Shown here: one piece after another, positions 9,650 through 19,856 of the stretch
How the letters are laid out: each line of letters begins with the position of its first letter
Numbering within the stretch: position 1 is the stretch's first letter
Assembly (NCBI GenBank): GCA_965368975.1
Contig: CBDUPA010000021.1
Coordinates: 50,352 to 114,351 of the forward strand
Source: an uncultured bacterium
Lineage (GTDB): Bacteria > Acidobacteriota > Thermoanaerobaculia > Multivoradales > JAHZIX01
Direction of reading: 5' to 3'
DNA: 64,000 nt
Program-made: the position numbers and the translations under genes
Notes under the pieces: model-generated
What the model saw: the letters and a program-made list of their open reading frames with translations, nothing else
What the model was told of the DNA's origin: nothing
Database searches by the model: none

Positions 9650-10900
9650 TGCGGCAAGCCTATCATCCTGCTGACCAGCCTGGAGCCGGGACGCGCCTAC
9701 GACGAGCAACAGCTGCGCGACGCGGTCCATCGCATCCAGCGCCTGCCGTTCATTCTCGACGCCGAGCTGGCCCTGCGTCGGGGCAGCGTGCGCGGCCAAT
9801 ACCAGCTGGTGATCGAGGTGCAGGAGAGCCTGCTGTGGTTCTTCGGCGTGCAGCTGCGCGGCTACGTGTTCAACGAGTTCGTGTCGCTGGAAACCGGCTT
9901 CCGAACCGAGAACGAATCGAACTGGCTGATCACCGCCGGCATGCGCTACTTCGTCGGCACGCGTGGCATGGCCTTCGCCGCCTACGGAGGCGACAGCTTT
10001 CTGCAAGCCGGCTACACGCAGTACGACATTCTCGACCGCGGCATCGTCGGCACCGTCGCCTGGACGCGTCACGAATGCTGCCCAGTGCGAGTGTTCTCGC
10101 TCGGCCTCGACCCGACCTTCTCCAGTTGGTCTCTGCGCGATGCCGAGCAGATCGAGCTCGTGGTCGGTGCACCGCTGCGAGGCAATCAATCGCTCGAGTT
10201 CAGCCTGCTGCACCTGCAAGCCGAACACGGCCTGCGTCAACGCGCCGCAGGTAGCCTGTTCCAGCGCCGGTGGGACATTCGCGACCTCACCTACGAGCGC
10301 GCCGAACTGGATTGGGTGCACAACACCACCGACGACAACCTACTGCCTCGTCAAGGGCAGGAACTGCGCGGCGGGCTCTTTCTGAATCGCCTTCGCGGTG
10401 AACTGACACCACTGAGCTCCTTCCTCGACCCAACCGACCTGGCACTGCCACCGCCTGTCAGCGTCGACGCCCGCCAGTTCGGCGTCGCTCTGAGCGCCAG
10501 CCGCTACTGGCCCCTCACGCAGCGCCAAACACTGTCGCTGGGTGGTCGAGCCAGCCTCGGCCGCTCGGAGGTCGGCGACCTGCCTCGAGACCAGAACCTG
10601 CTCGCGCCCCAGCCGCCCCCAGGGCTCGGGCTCGGCAACACTGACCTCACGAGCTACGAGCTGAACCTGCGTCTCGGACATGCTGTCAGCTTGTGGTCAC
10701 AAGCCACGCAGCGTCGACGGCACGGCGAGCTGCGCTTCGAAACGGCTGTCGAATGGGCGCACGAGGGAACGTCCCCGGATCTCGATCTGCCTGACAACCC
10801 TCTGCAACGTCTCGACATATCGGCCGGCCTAGTGCTGCGCAACCGCTGGGGCCTGTTCCGACTCAGCTTCTCCTACGTACAGCTGGAGGGCCGGGAATGA
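9650..10900 (+). pseudogene. 5'-truncated Omp85/BamA-TamA-like outer membrane protein (POTRA plus barrel)
   Basis: The frame is open from 9650 (LEPGRAYDEQQLRDAVHRIQRLPFILDAELALRRG, POTRA-like), but a TAG at 9647-9649 precedes it, with no start codon or signal peptide. The rest is beta-strand-rich and ends GLFRLSFSYV. Confidence 0.55.
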
Positions 10901-11082
10901 GTCGGTTCAGTGCGCCGATGCGCCTGCTCCCGCTGCTCTGGTTGCTCCTGCTGCTACCTATCGGGTCGTTCGCGGACGAAACGCCGGCTCCTCGCTTGCA
11001 ATGGGTCGAACAACAAGTACGCCTGAGCGACCTGCCGTCAATCCTGCGGCGCCCTGAGGTCGAGAAGCAGTTGGGCAGTGGC

Positions 11083-11085
<3 letters not shown>
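10897..11085 (+). pseudogene. N-terminal fragment of a secreted DUF4390-like protein
   Basis: Signal peptide, then LPSILRRPEVEKQLGSGL. Protein-like sequence stops at ~11085, where a different gene's frame begins. Confidence 0.45.
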
Positions 11086-11486
<401 letters not shown>

Positions 11487-11516
11487 ACGCGGCGGCGAGT
11501 AGCCCTGAAGTCAGGC

Positions 11517-12035
11517 TCAGAACCGCCAGCCGAAGCCGACGCTCAACTCAGTGTGCAGATCGTCTCGAGGCAGCGTCTCGATCCAGCGCACGCGTGCGTC
11601 CGGCCGGAAGTAGAAACGCTCCGTGATCGCCAGTTCCACGGCCATTCCAGCGTGCAGAGTGAACGACGAATCGTAGTCGTCGTCGAGATCACTGACCGCC
11701 AGCCAGCCCGGTCCGCCGAAAGCATAGAACCGGTGCCGAGCACCCGGATTGAGACGGTATCGCGCCGAACCCTCGACGAACCAGGCCGTCAGGTCGCCTT
11801 CGAAGTCGACGTGCGAGAACACCCCTTCGAGCGACCAACGGTCCGACAGACCGAACGCCAGGCGCGTCCCGAAGACGTCTTGGCGCAAGTCGCTATCGCC
11901 AAAGTCACTGTCGATGTAGAACGCCCCCGCGAACACTTCCACCGACCTTGGCTCCTCTTTCGCCTGCACCAAGGCAGGCCCCGACAAGAGCGCCAGCAGG
12001 GCCAGAATCACCGCGTGCTTGAAATCGTGCCACAT
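11517..12035 (-). CDS. Small outer-membrane beta-barrel protein (OmpA-like membrane domain)
   Basis: GGAGGT RBS, signal peptide, amphipathic strands, terminal LSVGFGWRF. Confidence 0.8.
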   Translation of the reverse strand: MWHDFKHAVILALLALLSGPALVQAKEEPRSVEVFAGAFYIDSDFGDSDLRQDVFGTRLAFGLSDRWSLEGVFSHVDFEGDLTAWFVEGSARYRLNPGARHRFYAFGGPGWLAVSDLDDDYDSSFTLHAGMAVELAITERFYFRPDARVRWIETLPRDDLHTELSVGFGWRF

Positions 12036-12258
12036 ATGTACCTCCCGAGGATTTCTCGTTGTTGCCGGACGGCGGTGTTGCCGGCCGGTACGGGGGTACA
12101 TCGCAAGAGGCATGCCGACCCAAGTCTGGCGTACCACTGCCGCAAGCCACTGCAAGAAGGAGACTTCTGCCAAACCAAAGGACGCAGCACTAGGGAAGAG
12201 TGAGTCGTGAGCGTCTGATTCTCCAGACACCTGTCAATGGAAGCTCACAAATACACCG

Positions 12259-12303
12259 CGAGCCGGCGACGCACCTCTTGGCAGAGGAACGGGCCGGCTC
12301 GGC
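12259..12303. terminator. Nested stem-loop downstream of the DUF2090 gene
   Basis: GAGCCGGC...GCCGGCTC enclosing CCTCT-TGGC-AGAGG. No clear U-tract. Confidence 0.35.
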
Positions 12304-12336
12304 GCGAAGCGCTTCGAAGTTCGTGGAAGCAGTCCC

Positions 12337-13257
12337 TTACTTGGCCGCCTTCCAGACGTCGACGCACTCCTTGTAGTTGTCGGCGATGGCGCTGATCGCC
12401 TGCGCGTCACTGATCTCGCCAGCCAGGTACTGCGTGAGTGGTTCGCGGAAGATGGTGCGACCGACTGCGAAGCCGATGTAACCATCGACCGGGGCGGCGA
12501 CGGCGAGCCACTTGTGGACGCTGGCCTTGTCCGAGCCACGACCGAGCAGGATGTTGCCGACCTTGGCACGCTCGGCACCGCGACGCGTGGCAGCAGCGAC
12601 CTCGACGGCTTGCTCGCGGGTTTCGAGACCCTCGATCTTCCAGATGTCGGGCTCAACGCCAAAATCCTGGATCATGTGGATGGCGGTGACCATGTGCTTG
12701 GGGCGCAGCTCCTTGTCGTAGGCGTCGCCCATGGCCTTCTCTTCGTCGGTGAGCGCCGGTACCAGCAACTCGAACATGAAGTAATGGTCGTTGCCGTCGT
12801 GGATGTAATCCGACAACGCCTTGAGCCGTGCCAACTGCTCGCGATTGCCACCCTCGTCGTCGTTCGGATGCAGGCGCACCAGGCACTTGACGAACCGTGG
12901 CTTGAGGAAGCGCAGGTGGTCTTGCCAGCGGCTGCCGTACTCGAAGTCGTAGAGAGGCTGACCGCTCTTCTCGGTGCACACCGCCACCGGAATTCCTTGA
13001 CGCTGGGCGTCCAGGATCACCGGACCGCCGAACTCGGCGTCGACCAGCAGGCCGAGCTGATCGCGCGGTACGCCCTTGTCGATGGCCTCGAGCAGGCCGC
13101 GATAGACCAACATCTTGGCCTGGGTGACGGGCGTGCGCTCGTCCTTGCCAGCTGAGACGGCTGGCGGCCCCGACAAACCGAAGAAGCCTTTGGTGAAGCT
13201 GCCCCGGTGGTCGAAGGGTTGGACGAAAAGTGGCTTGTCGTATCCGATATCCTTCAT
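12337..13257 (-). CDS. DUF2090 / 2-deoxy-5-keto-gluconate-6-phosphate aldolase-like TIM barrel
   Basis: PFDHRGSF, EKSGQ, FMFELLVP, VEPDIWKIEG, LLGRG, GFAVGRTIF. Confidence 0.85.
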   Translation of the reverse strand: MKDIGYDKPLFVQPFDHRGSFTKGFFGLSGPPAVSAGKDERTPVTQAKMLVYRGLLEAIDKGVPRDQLGLLVDAEFGGPVILDAQRQGIPVAVCTEKSGQPLYDFEYGSRWQDHLRFLKPRFVKCLVRLHPNDDEGGNREQLARLKALSDYIHDGNDHYFMFELLVPALTDEEKAMGDAYDKELRPKHMVTAIHMIQDFGVEPDIWKIEGLETREQAVEVAAATRRGAERAKVGNILLGRGSDKASVHKWLAVAAPVDGYIGFAVGRTIFREPLTQYLAGEISDAQAISAIADNYKECVDVWKAAK

Positions 13258-13342
13258 CTGTCTCCTCCGAGAGAATGGAAGTTGCTTGTGCCGGCGCAAG
13301 GCCTGGCAGTCTAGCAGATCGCCGGCGGGCCGCGACGCCGGC

Positions 13343-14503
13343 TCAGCGGTTCAGCAGCGTGGCGATCTCGGCGCGCCGGGCGTCGGCATCGCGCTCGCCG
13401 ATGGCGATCAGGCGACGCAGATACTCGGGCTCGAACATCAGCATGCTGAGAAAGTCCGGGCTCTTGGTCTCGCGCGTGCCGAGGCCGCGGGTGAGGAAGC
13501 GGAAGGTCTTGGGCAGCTCCGGTTCGTGCTCGGCGGACAGGCGCCCCAGGTCTTCGGACGGACGGATCACCAGCGACTCGACGACGCGGAACGCGCCGCG
13601 CTCGTCCTCCGGCACCTTGGCGATCAGGTGGTTGATGCGCCGCAGGCGGGCGACGTCTTGGTCGACCAGGTCGAGAAAGACCGAATTCAGCAGCTTGCCC
13701 AGGATCTGCGCTGGCGGCGGGTAGCCATTGATCGTCGGCATCTCGGCCTCGGCCATCGACGCCTCGTAGCGCGTCGAGATGATTAGCAGCCGGTCCGCAC
13801 CCAGGTGGATGGCGGGGGACAGCGGCGCGCTGAGCCGGATGCCGCCGTCACCATGCCAAGCATCGCCGATGCGAATGGCCGGAAAGACGAGGGGCAAGGC
13901 GCTCGACGCCATCACGTGATCGACGCACAGTCGAGTATGGCGGCTGCGTCGCTTCGGGCGCTCCCAGGTCTGGATCTCGTCGCCCTGGACCCAGGTCACA
14001 GTCTGGCCGGTGCTGTAGTTGATGGTGGTCAGCGCAACGGCACGCAGGGGCGAGTTCTGCAGATTGCGCTCGATACCGATGATCTCGCCGTCGACCACGG
14101 TCAGGATGCGTTCGAGCAGACGCCGCAGTGGTGCGGTGTCGACCAGCCCGCGCACCTTGGGCACCAGTGCGCTGCCACCGGAGATCAGCCGCGTGCCCCA
14201 GCGCAGTACGGTGCGACCCAGGTCGAAGGTATCGACGTCGAGCACCTCGGGAAGCGTCAGGTGGCTCCAGATCTGCGTCAGCTCCTCCATCGCCTCGTCC
14301 AGTGGCCCGGGATGCGACGCCAGGTGAACGGCGTTGATGGCGCCGGCGGAAACCCCGGTGATGATCGGGAAGCAGGCTCCGGGATGCTGCCGTGCCAGCG
14401 CCCGCAGCACCCCGACCTGGTACGCCCCGCGCGCGCCACCGCCGGTGAGCACGATGGCCAGGCTGCCGTCACGGCAGGTGGGATGAGTCTCTGGGGTCTT
14501 CAC
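13343..14503 (-). CDS. Patatin-like phospholipase
   Basis: GGGARGAYQVG, GVSAG nucleophile elbow, ASSALP, DGG. Confidence 0.92.
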   Translation of the reverse strand: MKTPETHPTCRDGSLAIVLTGGGARGAYQVGVLRALARQHPGACFPIITGVSAGAINAVHLASHPGPLDEAMEELTQIWSHLTLPEVLDVDTFDLGRTVLRWGTRLISGGSALVPKVRGLVDTAPLRRLLERILTVVDGEIIGIERNLQNSPLRAVALTTINYSTGQTVTWVQGDEIQTWERPKRRSRHTRLCVDHVMASSALPLVFPAIRIGDAWHGDGGIRLSAPLSPAIHLGADRLLIISTRYEASMAEAEMPTINGYPPPAQILGKLLNSVFLDLVDQDVARLRRINHLIAKVPEDERGAFRVVESLVIRPSEDLGRLSAEHEPELPKTFRFLTRGLGTRETKSPDFLSMLMFEPEYLRRLIAIGERDADARRAEIATLLNR

Positions 14504-14639
14504 GGCAGTTCCTCCGCGGGGTGGCTGGAATAGAGGGTGGCTCGAATAGATGGGCTGTCATTATAAGCAGACCACCAGACACGTGCTCTCGACCCATTCC
14601 AGATGATCGGCTATGCTTGCGCCCGCTATGCAATCTGGA

Positions 14640-15503
14640 ATGTCCACCCAGCTCGGAGACCTCAAGCTCACCCTGGTGCAAGACGGCATCTTCCGTCTCG
14701 ATGGTGGCGCCATGTTCGGCGTCGTGCCGAAGGCGCTGTGGAGTCGAATCAAGCCAGCGGACGAGCTGAACCGCATTGCCATGGTCACCAACTGCCTGTT
14801 GGTGGAGCGGGGCGATGACCTGTTGCTGGTAGACACCGCCGTCGGCGACAAGGGGGACGAGAAGTTCCGCAAGATCTTCGGCCTCGACGACGACGCGGTG
14901 CGCCTACCCCAGGCGATCGAGGCGGCCGGGTACGAGCTGGGAGACGTGACGCACGTACTACTCAGTCACCTGCACTTCGACCACTGCGGCTGGAACACCC
15001 GTCGCTCTGGGAAGAGACACGACGGCGAGAACTGGGTACCGACTTTCCCCAAGGCGCGCTACTGGATGCAGCGCGGCGAGGTGGCGCACGCGCGCCAGCC
15101 GAACGAGCGCGACGGCGCCTCCTACGATCCGCGCAACTGGGAACCGCTGTTCGAAGCTGGCGTCGTCGAGTTGTTCGACGAAGACGCCGAGCCGATCGCG
15201 GGGATCCAGGCGATCCGCACACCGGGGCACAACGCCGACATGTGCATCGTGCGACTGGACGGCGGGGGCGAGCACCAGGGCGTCTTCTTCGCCGACCTGA
15301 TCCCGACCGCCGCGCACGTGCAACTGCCCTGGATCATGGGATACGATCTCTATCCCTTGCAGACGCTGGCCAACAAGAAGCACTGGCTACCGCAAGCGGT
15401 GCACGGCGAGTGGCTGTGCATCTTCGAGCACGACCCGGACCTACCGATGGGCCGAGTGGTCGAGAGCAAGCCCGGCAAGTTCGGCACGACACCGCTGGGA
15501 TGA
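14640..15503 (+). CDS. MBL-fold metallo-hydrolase (YtnP-like)
   Basis: FRLDGGAMFGVVPK, SHLHFDHCG, TPGH, WIMGYDLYP, FEHDP. Confidence 0.9.
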   Translation: MSTQLGDLKLTLVQDGIFRLDGGAMFGVVPKALWSRIKPADELNRIAMVTNCLLVERGDDLLLVDTAVGDKGDEKFRKIFGLDDDAVRLPQAIEAAGYELGDVTHVLLSHLHFDHCGWNTRRSGKRHDGENWVPTFPKARYWMQRGEVAHARQPNERDGASYDPRNWEPLFEAGVVELFDEDAEPIAGIQAIRTPGHNADMCIVRLDGGGEHQGVFFADLIPTAAHVQLPWIMGYDLYPLQTLANKKHWLPQAVHGEWLCIFEHDPDLPMGRVVESKPGKFGTTPLG

Positions 15504-15555
15504 CCATCCGCTAGCATGACCAAGCCGCTAGCAGAACCAGTCCGCTAGGATGAAC
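15500..15555. repeat. Degenerate 16-17 bp tandem repeat x3 starting at the MBL stop codon
   Basis: TGACCATCCGCTAGCA / TGACCAAGCCGCTAGCA / GAACCAGTCCGCTAGGA. Confidence 0.7.
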
Positions 15556-15622
15556 GTCAGCACTGCGAACACAGCTCCACCCGCCCGCAAACCCTGAATT
15601 TACCCGAGAAAGCACGCACGAG

Positions 15623-17038
15623 ATGGCTGATCAAGAGCTGGACCTGATCGTATTGGGCAGCGGCCCCGGCGGCTACGTGGCCGCGATCCGCGCCACGCAG
15701 CTGGGCCTGACCACCGCCGTGGTGGAAAAGGACCCGAAGCTGGGCGGCACCTGCCTGCACCGCGGCTGCATTCCCACCAAGGCGCTGCTGCACACCGCCT
15801 CGACGCTCGACCAGGTGCGCAAGGCCGGCGACCTGGGGATCGAGGTCGCGGAACCGACGCTCGACGTCGCCAAGGCGCAGCAGAACAAGCAGAAGGTGGT
15901 CGACAAGAACGCCAAGGGCATCGAGTTCCTGTTCAAGAAGAACAAGATCCAGAAGCTGCACGGCTTCGGCCGTCTGACCGGTGCCCACGAGGTCACAGTC
16001 GAGAAGGACGGCACGACGACGACGCATCGTGCTCGCCACATCCTCGTCGCCACCGGCTCGGTGCCGCGCGACATCCCGATCGCGCCGGCAGACGGTGAGA
16101 AGGTGGTCAATTCGGACCACATCCTGAATCTGCAACGCGTGCCCGAAACGCTGGTGGTGCTCGGCGCCGGTGCCGTGGGCACCGAGTTCGCCTCGATCTA
16201 CACCTCCTTCGGCAGCAAGGTGACGCTGGTCGAGATGCTGCCGCGCATCCTGCCGATCGAGGATGCAGACATCTCCAAGGAGCTGACTCGGGTGCTCAAG
16301 AAGCGCGGCATTCAGGTACGCGTCGACACCAAGCTGCAGGCCTGCAAGACGACCAAGAAGGGCGTGTCGCTGACGCTCGAGAAGGGCGGCAAGACCGAGA
16401 CCCTGGACGCCGAGATGCTGCTGGTCGCGGTCGGTCGTGCGCCGGTATCGGCAGACTTGGGACTCGAAGCGCTGGGTGTGCAGGTGGAGCGTGGCTACAT
16501 CGGTGTCAACGAGTTCATGCAGACCGCCGTGCCCCACATCTATGCCATCGGCGATGTGGTCAATACGCCCTGGCTGGCCCACGTCGCTTCGGCCGAGGGC
16601 ATCCTGGCGGTCGAGCACATGGCCAATCAGAAAGGGGCCCAGGACGTCGATCCGCGGCCGATCAACTACGCGCAGATTCCCTCGTGTACCTACTGCGAGC
16701 CGGAAGTGGCGAGCGTCGGCTTGACCGAGGCACAGGCCAAGGAAAAGGGCTACGACGTCCAGGTCGGTCAATTCCCCTTCTCCGCGCTGGCCAAAGCGGC
16801 GATCCTGGGCAAGCCCGAGGGCTTCGTCAAGGTGGTGCGCGAGACGCGCTACGACGAGTTGCTCGGCGTCCACATCGTCGGTGCCCACGCCACCGACCTG
16901 ATTGCCGAAGCCTGTGTCGCGCTCAAGATCGAGAGCACCAACGAAGAGCTGCTGCGCACCATCCACGCGCATCCAACGCTATCCGAGGCGGTCGCGGAAG
17001 CGGCCCACGCCGCCACCGGCCACGCCATTCATATCTAA
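15623..17038 (+). CDS. lpdA: Dihydrolipoyl dehydrogenase (E3)
   Basis: GSGPGGYVAA, GGTCLHRGCIPTK, GAGAVG, HAHPTLSE. Confidence 0.97.
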   Translation: MADQELDLIVLGSGPGGYVAAIRATQLGLTTAVVEKDPKLGGTCLHRGCIPTKALLHTASTLDQVRKAGDLGIEVAEPTLDVAKAQQNKQKVVDKNAKGIEFLFKKNKIQKLHGFGRLTGAHEVTVEKDGTTTTHRARHILVATGSVPRDIPIAPADGEKVVNSDHILNLQRVPETLVVLGAGAVGTEFASIYTSFGSKVTLVEMLPRILPIEDADISKELTRVLKKRGIQVRVDTKLQACKTTKKGVSLTLEKGGKTETLDAEMLLVAVGRAPVSADLGLEALGVQVERGYIGVNEFMQTAVPHIYAIGDVVNTPWLAHVASAEGILAVEHMANQKGAQDVDPRPINYAQIPSCTYCEPEVASVGLTEAQAKEKGYDVQVGQFPFSALAKAAILGKPEGFVKVVRETRYDELLGVHIVGAHATDLIAEACVALKIESTNEELLRTIHAHPTLSEAVAEAAHAATGHAIHI

Positions 17039-17056
17039 CTCGGAGTCCGAAAAGCT

Positions 17057-18403
17057 ATGGCCACTGAAGTCGTCATGCCCCAGATGGGCGAGAGCATCGC
17101 CGAAGGCACCATCACCCGCTGGCTGATCCAGCCCGGCGAGAAGGTGGAGCGAGACCAGCCGCTATTCGAGATGTCGACCGACAAGGTCGACGCCGAAATT
17201 CCCAGCCCCGCGGACGGCGTCTTGCTGGAAATCGTCCACGGCGATGGCGAAACGGTCGGAGTCAACGAGGTGGTGGCCTACATCGGCGCCGAGGGCGAAA
17301 AGCCTGCGGCAGGTGCCGGCAAGCCCGCGGCGGATGCGGCTCGCTCCGAGGAGAAGGCCGCCGCTGCCGCGACCCAGCCGGAAACGGCTGGCGGCAACGG
17401 TAGCGTGACGCTCGAGGAGCGCCTACGCACCCACTCCAGCCCGCTGGTGCGCAACATCGCTGCCAAGGAAGGCATCGACCTGACACAGGTCCCTGGCACC
17501 GGCATCCACGGCCGCGTCACCAAGAGCGACATCCAGACCTACCTGGAGACACCCGCCAGTGAGAGAGCCACCAGTGGGAGAGCCGCAGCCGCCAGCGCCA
17601 AGGCAACCCCGGCAGCAGCTTCCGCTCCAGCCCCAGCCGCGCGTCCGGTCGGCGACTTTCACGTACCTGCGTACACTGCGGGCGAGAACGTCGAGATCGT
17701 GCCGATGTCCAAGATCAGGCAGATCACGGCCGCTCACATGGCCTACTCCAAGGCCACCTCGGCGCACGTCTCGACCGTCTTCCACATCGACATGACGCGC
17801 GTCGACAAGGTCCGCAAGCGGGCCAAGAACCGCTTCCTGCAAGCCAACGGTACCAAGCTGACCTTCATGCCCTTCATCTTCAAGGCGGTCTCCGGCGCGC
17901 TGCGTGCCTACCCGCAGATCAACGCCGCCCTCGACGGTACCAACATCGTCTACAAGAAGGACATCAACCTCGGCATGGCCGTGGCACTCGACCACGGCTT
18001 GATCGTGCCGGTGCTGCGCAACGCCGACCAGCTCAGCCTGGCTGGCCTGGCCAAGGGCGCCAATGACCTGGCAGACCGCGCGCGCTCGAAGAAGCTCAGC
18101 CCCGACGAGATCAGGGGCGGCACCTTCACGATCACCAACCCGGGCGTTTTCGGCAGCCTCTTCGGCACGCCGGTGATCAACCAACCACAGGTGGCGATCT
18201 TGGGGATCGGCACGATCGAGAAGCGGCCGGTAGTGGTGACCGACGCCGAAGGCAACGACAACCTGGCGATCCGCACCATGTCCTACTTCGCCATCACCTT
18301 CGATCACCGCCTGATCGACGGTGCCGATGCGGACCACTTCATGATCCACATCAAGAACACGCTGCAAGACGAGACCTGGGACGAGCTGAAGCCCTATCTC
18401 TGA
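17057..18403 (+). CDS. 2-oxo-acid dehydrogenase E2, dihydrolipoamide acyltransferase (SucB/DlaT type)
   Basis: Lipoyl domain (STDKVDAEIPSP), E3-binding domain (GTGIHGRVTKSD), catalytic FDHRLIDGA. Confidence 0.94.
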   Translation: MATEVVMPQMGESIAEGTITRWLIQPGEKVERDQPLFEMSTDKVDAEIPSPADGVLLEIVHGDGETVGVNEVVAYIGAEGEKPAAGAGKPAADAARSEEKAAAAATQPETAGGNGSVTLEERLRTHSSPLVRNIAAKEGIDLTQVPGTGIHGRVTKSDIQTYLETPASERATSGRAAAASAKATPAAASAPAPAARPVGDFHVPAYTAGENVEIVPMSKIRQITAAHMAYSKATSAHVSTVFHIDMTRVDKVRKRAKNRFLQANGTKLTFMPFIFKAVSGALRAYPQINAALDGTNIVYKKDINLGMAVALDHGLIVPVLRNADQLSLAGLAKGANDLADRARSKKLSPDEIRGGTFTITNPGVFGSLFGTPVINQPQVAILGIGTIEKRPVVVTDAEGNDNLAIRTMSYFAITFDHRLIDGADADHFMIHIKNTLQDETWDELKPYL

Positions 18404-18579
18404 GACTCAGCTCCCGTCACCCTCCTTGCCGAAGAGCACCGCCACTCTCGTGAGAGGGTGGCGAGATGCAGAAATTTCGTCTCGTTTGTCCCGCTTTCGG
18501 GGTCGAGCTGCACATAGAAAGTTTCTATCTGTGATTCGATCGACAGCGAGTCAAAAAATCCAACAAAGTTTGCCCCTCG

Positions 18580-18673
18580 TGTCACGCTTCGGCGCCGCCG
18601 CGCACTCCTACAACGAAAGAAGTGGACCCTTCTGAGTATGCGGCGATCCAAAAAGGATGCGCCGCCTTTTTTT
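18580..18673 (+). ncRNA. Repeat cassette copy 1: promoter-like motif, ~60-nt two-hairpin RNA, intrinsic terminator
   Basis: TGTCACGCTT-N12-GCACTCCTACAACGAAAGAAGTGGACCCTTCTGAGTATGCGGCGATCCAAAAAGGATGCGCCGCC-T7. The repeat is certain; RNA function is inferred. Confidence 0.55.
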
Positions 18674-18786
18674 GTCTCCAAGACCCCCTCCGGCCCCCCC
18701 GCCCTCCGCGACCGTCTTTCTCCCATTTCCGAAAATCTCCCGCCTGACGGGCACTTCAAAGAAATTTCAGGAAATCTCTCTAGCGG

Positions 18787-18881
18787 TGTCACGTTTTGGC
18801 ACCGGGGCGCACTCCTACAACGAAAGAAGTGGACCCTTCTGAGTATGCGGCGATCCAAAAAGGACACGCCGCCTTTTTTTT
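18787..18881 (+). ncRNA. Repeat cassette copy 2
   Basis: TGTCACGTTT-N12, then the same core, ending GGACACGCCGCC-T8. Confidence 0.55.
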
Positions 18882-18950
18882 GCCCAGAAAGCGCCCTGCC
18901 TTGCCCCCTTATCGCCACCACGGAATCAATCAAAAAATTCTCACCCGGCT

Positions 18951-19044
18951 TGTCACGCTTCGGCGGCGAGATGCACTCCTATAACGAAAGAAGTGGACCC
19001 TTCTGAGTATGCGGCGATCCAAAAGGACACGCCGCCTTTTTTTT
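18951..19044 (+). ncRNA. Repeat cassette copy 3
   Basis: TGTCACGCTT-N12, then the same core with TATAAC, an A4 loop, and GGACACGCCGCC-T8. Confidence 0.55.
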
Positions 19045-19097
19045 GCCCGAAGGCCCCGGGCAGGGGCCACGGCACGACGGCGCTAGAATGGGCGGCC

Positions 19098-19856
19098 ATG
19101 TCGGCACCCACCTCTCTCGATCCCGATCCCCGCCCTCTCCGGCTACACCGCCGTCTCCGGATACACAGGACGGACGGCGGCTTCCTCGGCCGCTTGGCCT
19201 ACCAAGACGCCAACGCACTACAGACGCATCTGCGCGACGCCGTGCTGGCGGGCACGACACCCGAGCACCTGCTACTGCTCGAGCACCCGCACGTCTTCAC
19301 CCTCGGCCGCAACGCCTCGCTCGACGACCTGCGCAGCAGCGAGGCCGATCTGCAGCGCGACGGGATCGCCGTGGTCGAGACGGACCGTGGCGGTCAGATG
19401 ACCTACCACGGCCCCGGTCAGCTGGTCGGCTATCCGATCCTCGATCTCAAGCCCGACCGGCAAGACATCCGGCGCTACATCCGCGATCTGCAGGAAGTGC
19501 TGATCCGGACGCTGGCGGACTTCGGCATCGAGGCCGAACGACGCGATGGCAAAGGCTTCGTCGGCGTGTGGGTGGGAGACGGCAAGATCGCCTCCCTGGG
19601 GGTGCACCTGAAACGCTGGGTGACCACCCACGGATTCGCCCTCAACGTCAGCACGGATCTCGACTACTTCCACCACATCGTGGCTTGCGGCCTTCCCGGG
19701 GTACCGCTGGTGTCGATCGAGCGCTTGACCGGAACACGACCGTCGCTGGAGCAGGTCGCCGAGCGGCTGAGTGGCCACTTCGCCAACATCTTCGAGCGAC
19801 AGCTGGAGCCGGCGAACCTCAGCGCCCTAGGAGCGCCAGCGCCGATGCATCCATAG
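19098..19856 (+). CDS. lipB: Lipoyl(octanoyl) transferase
   Basis: LLLEHPHVFTLGR, DRGGQMTYHGPGQLVGYPI, KIASLGV, HGFALNV, IVACG. Follows lpdA and E2. Confidence 0.95.
   Translation: MSAPTSLDPDPRPLRLHRRLRIHRTDGGFLGRLAYQDANALQTHLRDAVLAGTTPEHLLLLEHPHVFTLGRNASLDDLRSSEADLQRDGIAVVETDRGGQMTYHGPGQLVGYPILDLKPDRQDIRRYIRDLQEVLIRTLADFGIEAERRDGKGFVGVWVGDGKIASLGVHLKRWVTTHGFALNVSTDLDYFHHIVACGLPGVPLVSIERLTGTRPSLEQVAERLSGHFANIFERQLEPANLSALGAPAPMHP

Noticed and set aside
15557-16972. 471-aa antisense ORF, and similar ones at 1733..2830, 24561..25844, 29044..30429 and 51030..53054
   Set aside because: Shadow ORFs opposite well-supported genes, expected with high GC3 codon bias. No recognisable motifs.
18950-18985. 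Sigma70 promoter TTGTCA...TATAAC
   Set aside because: Spacing is 24 bp, too long for sigma70.
18580-19044. CRISPR array interpretation of the three repeats
   Set aside because: Units are ~95 bp with 70-115 bp unequal gaps, end in poly-T terminators, and no cas gene is nearby.
18993-19097. N-terminal extension of lipB (MDPSEYAAIQK...) or a repeated small peptide
   Set aside because: It runs through the terminator of repeat copy 3, and the A5/A4 indel changes frame between copies.
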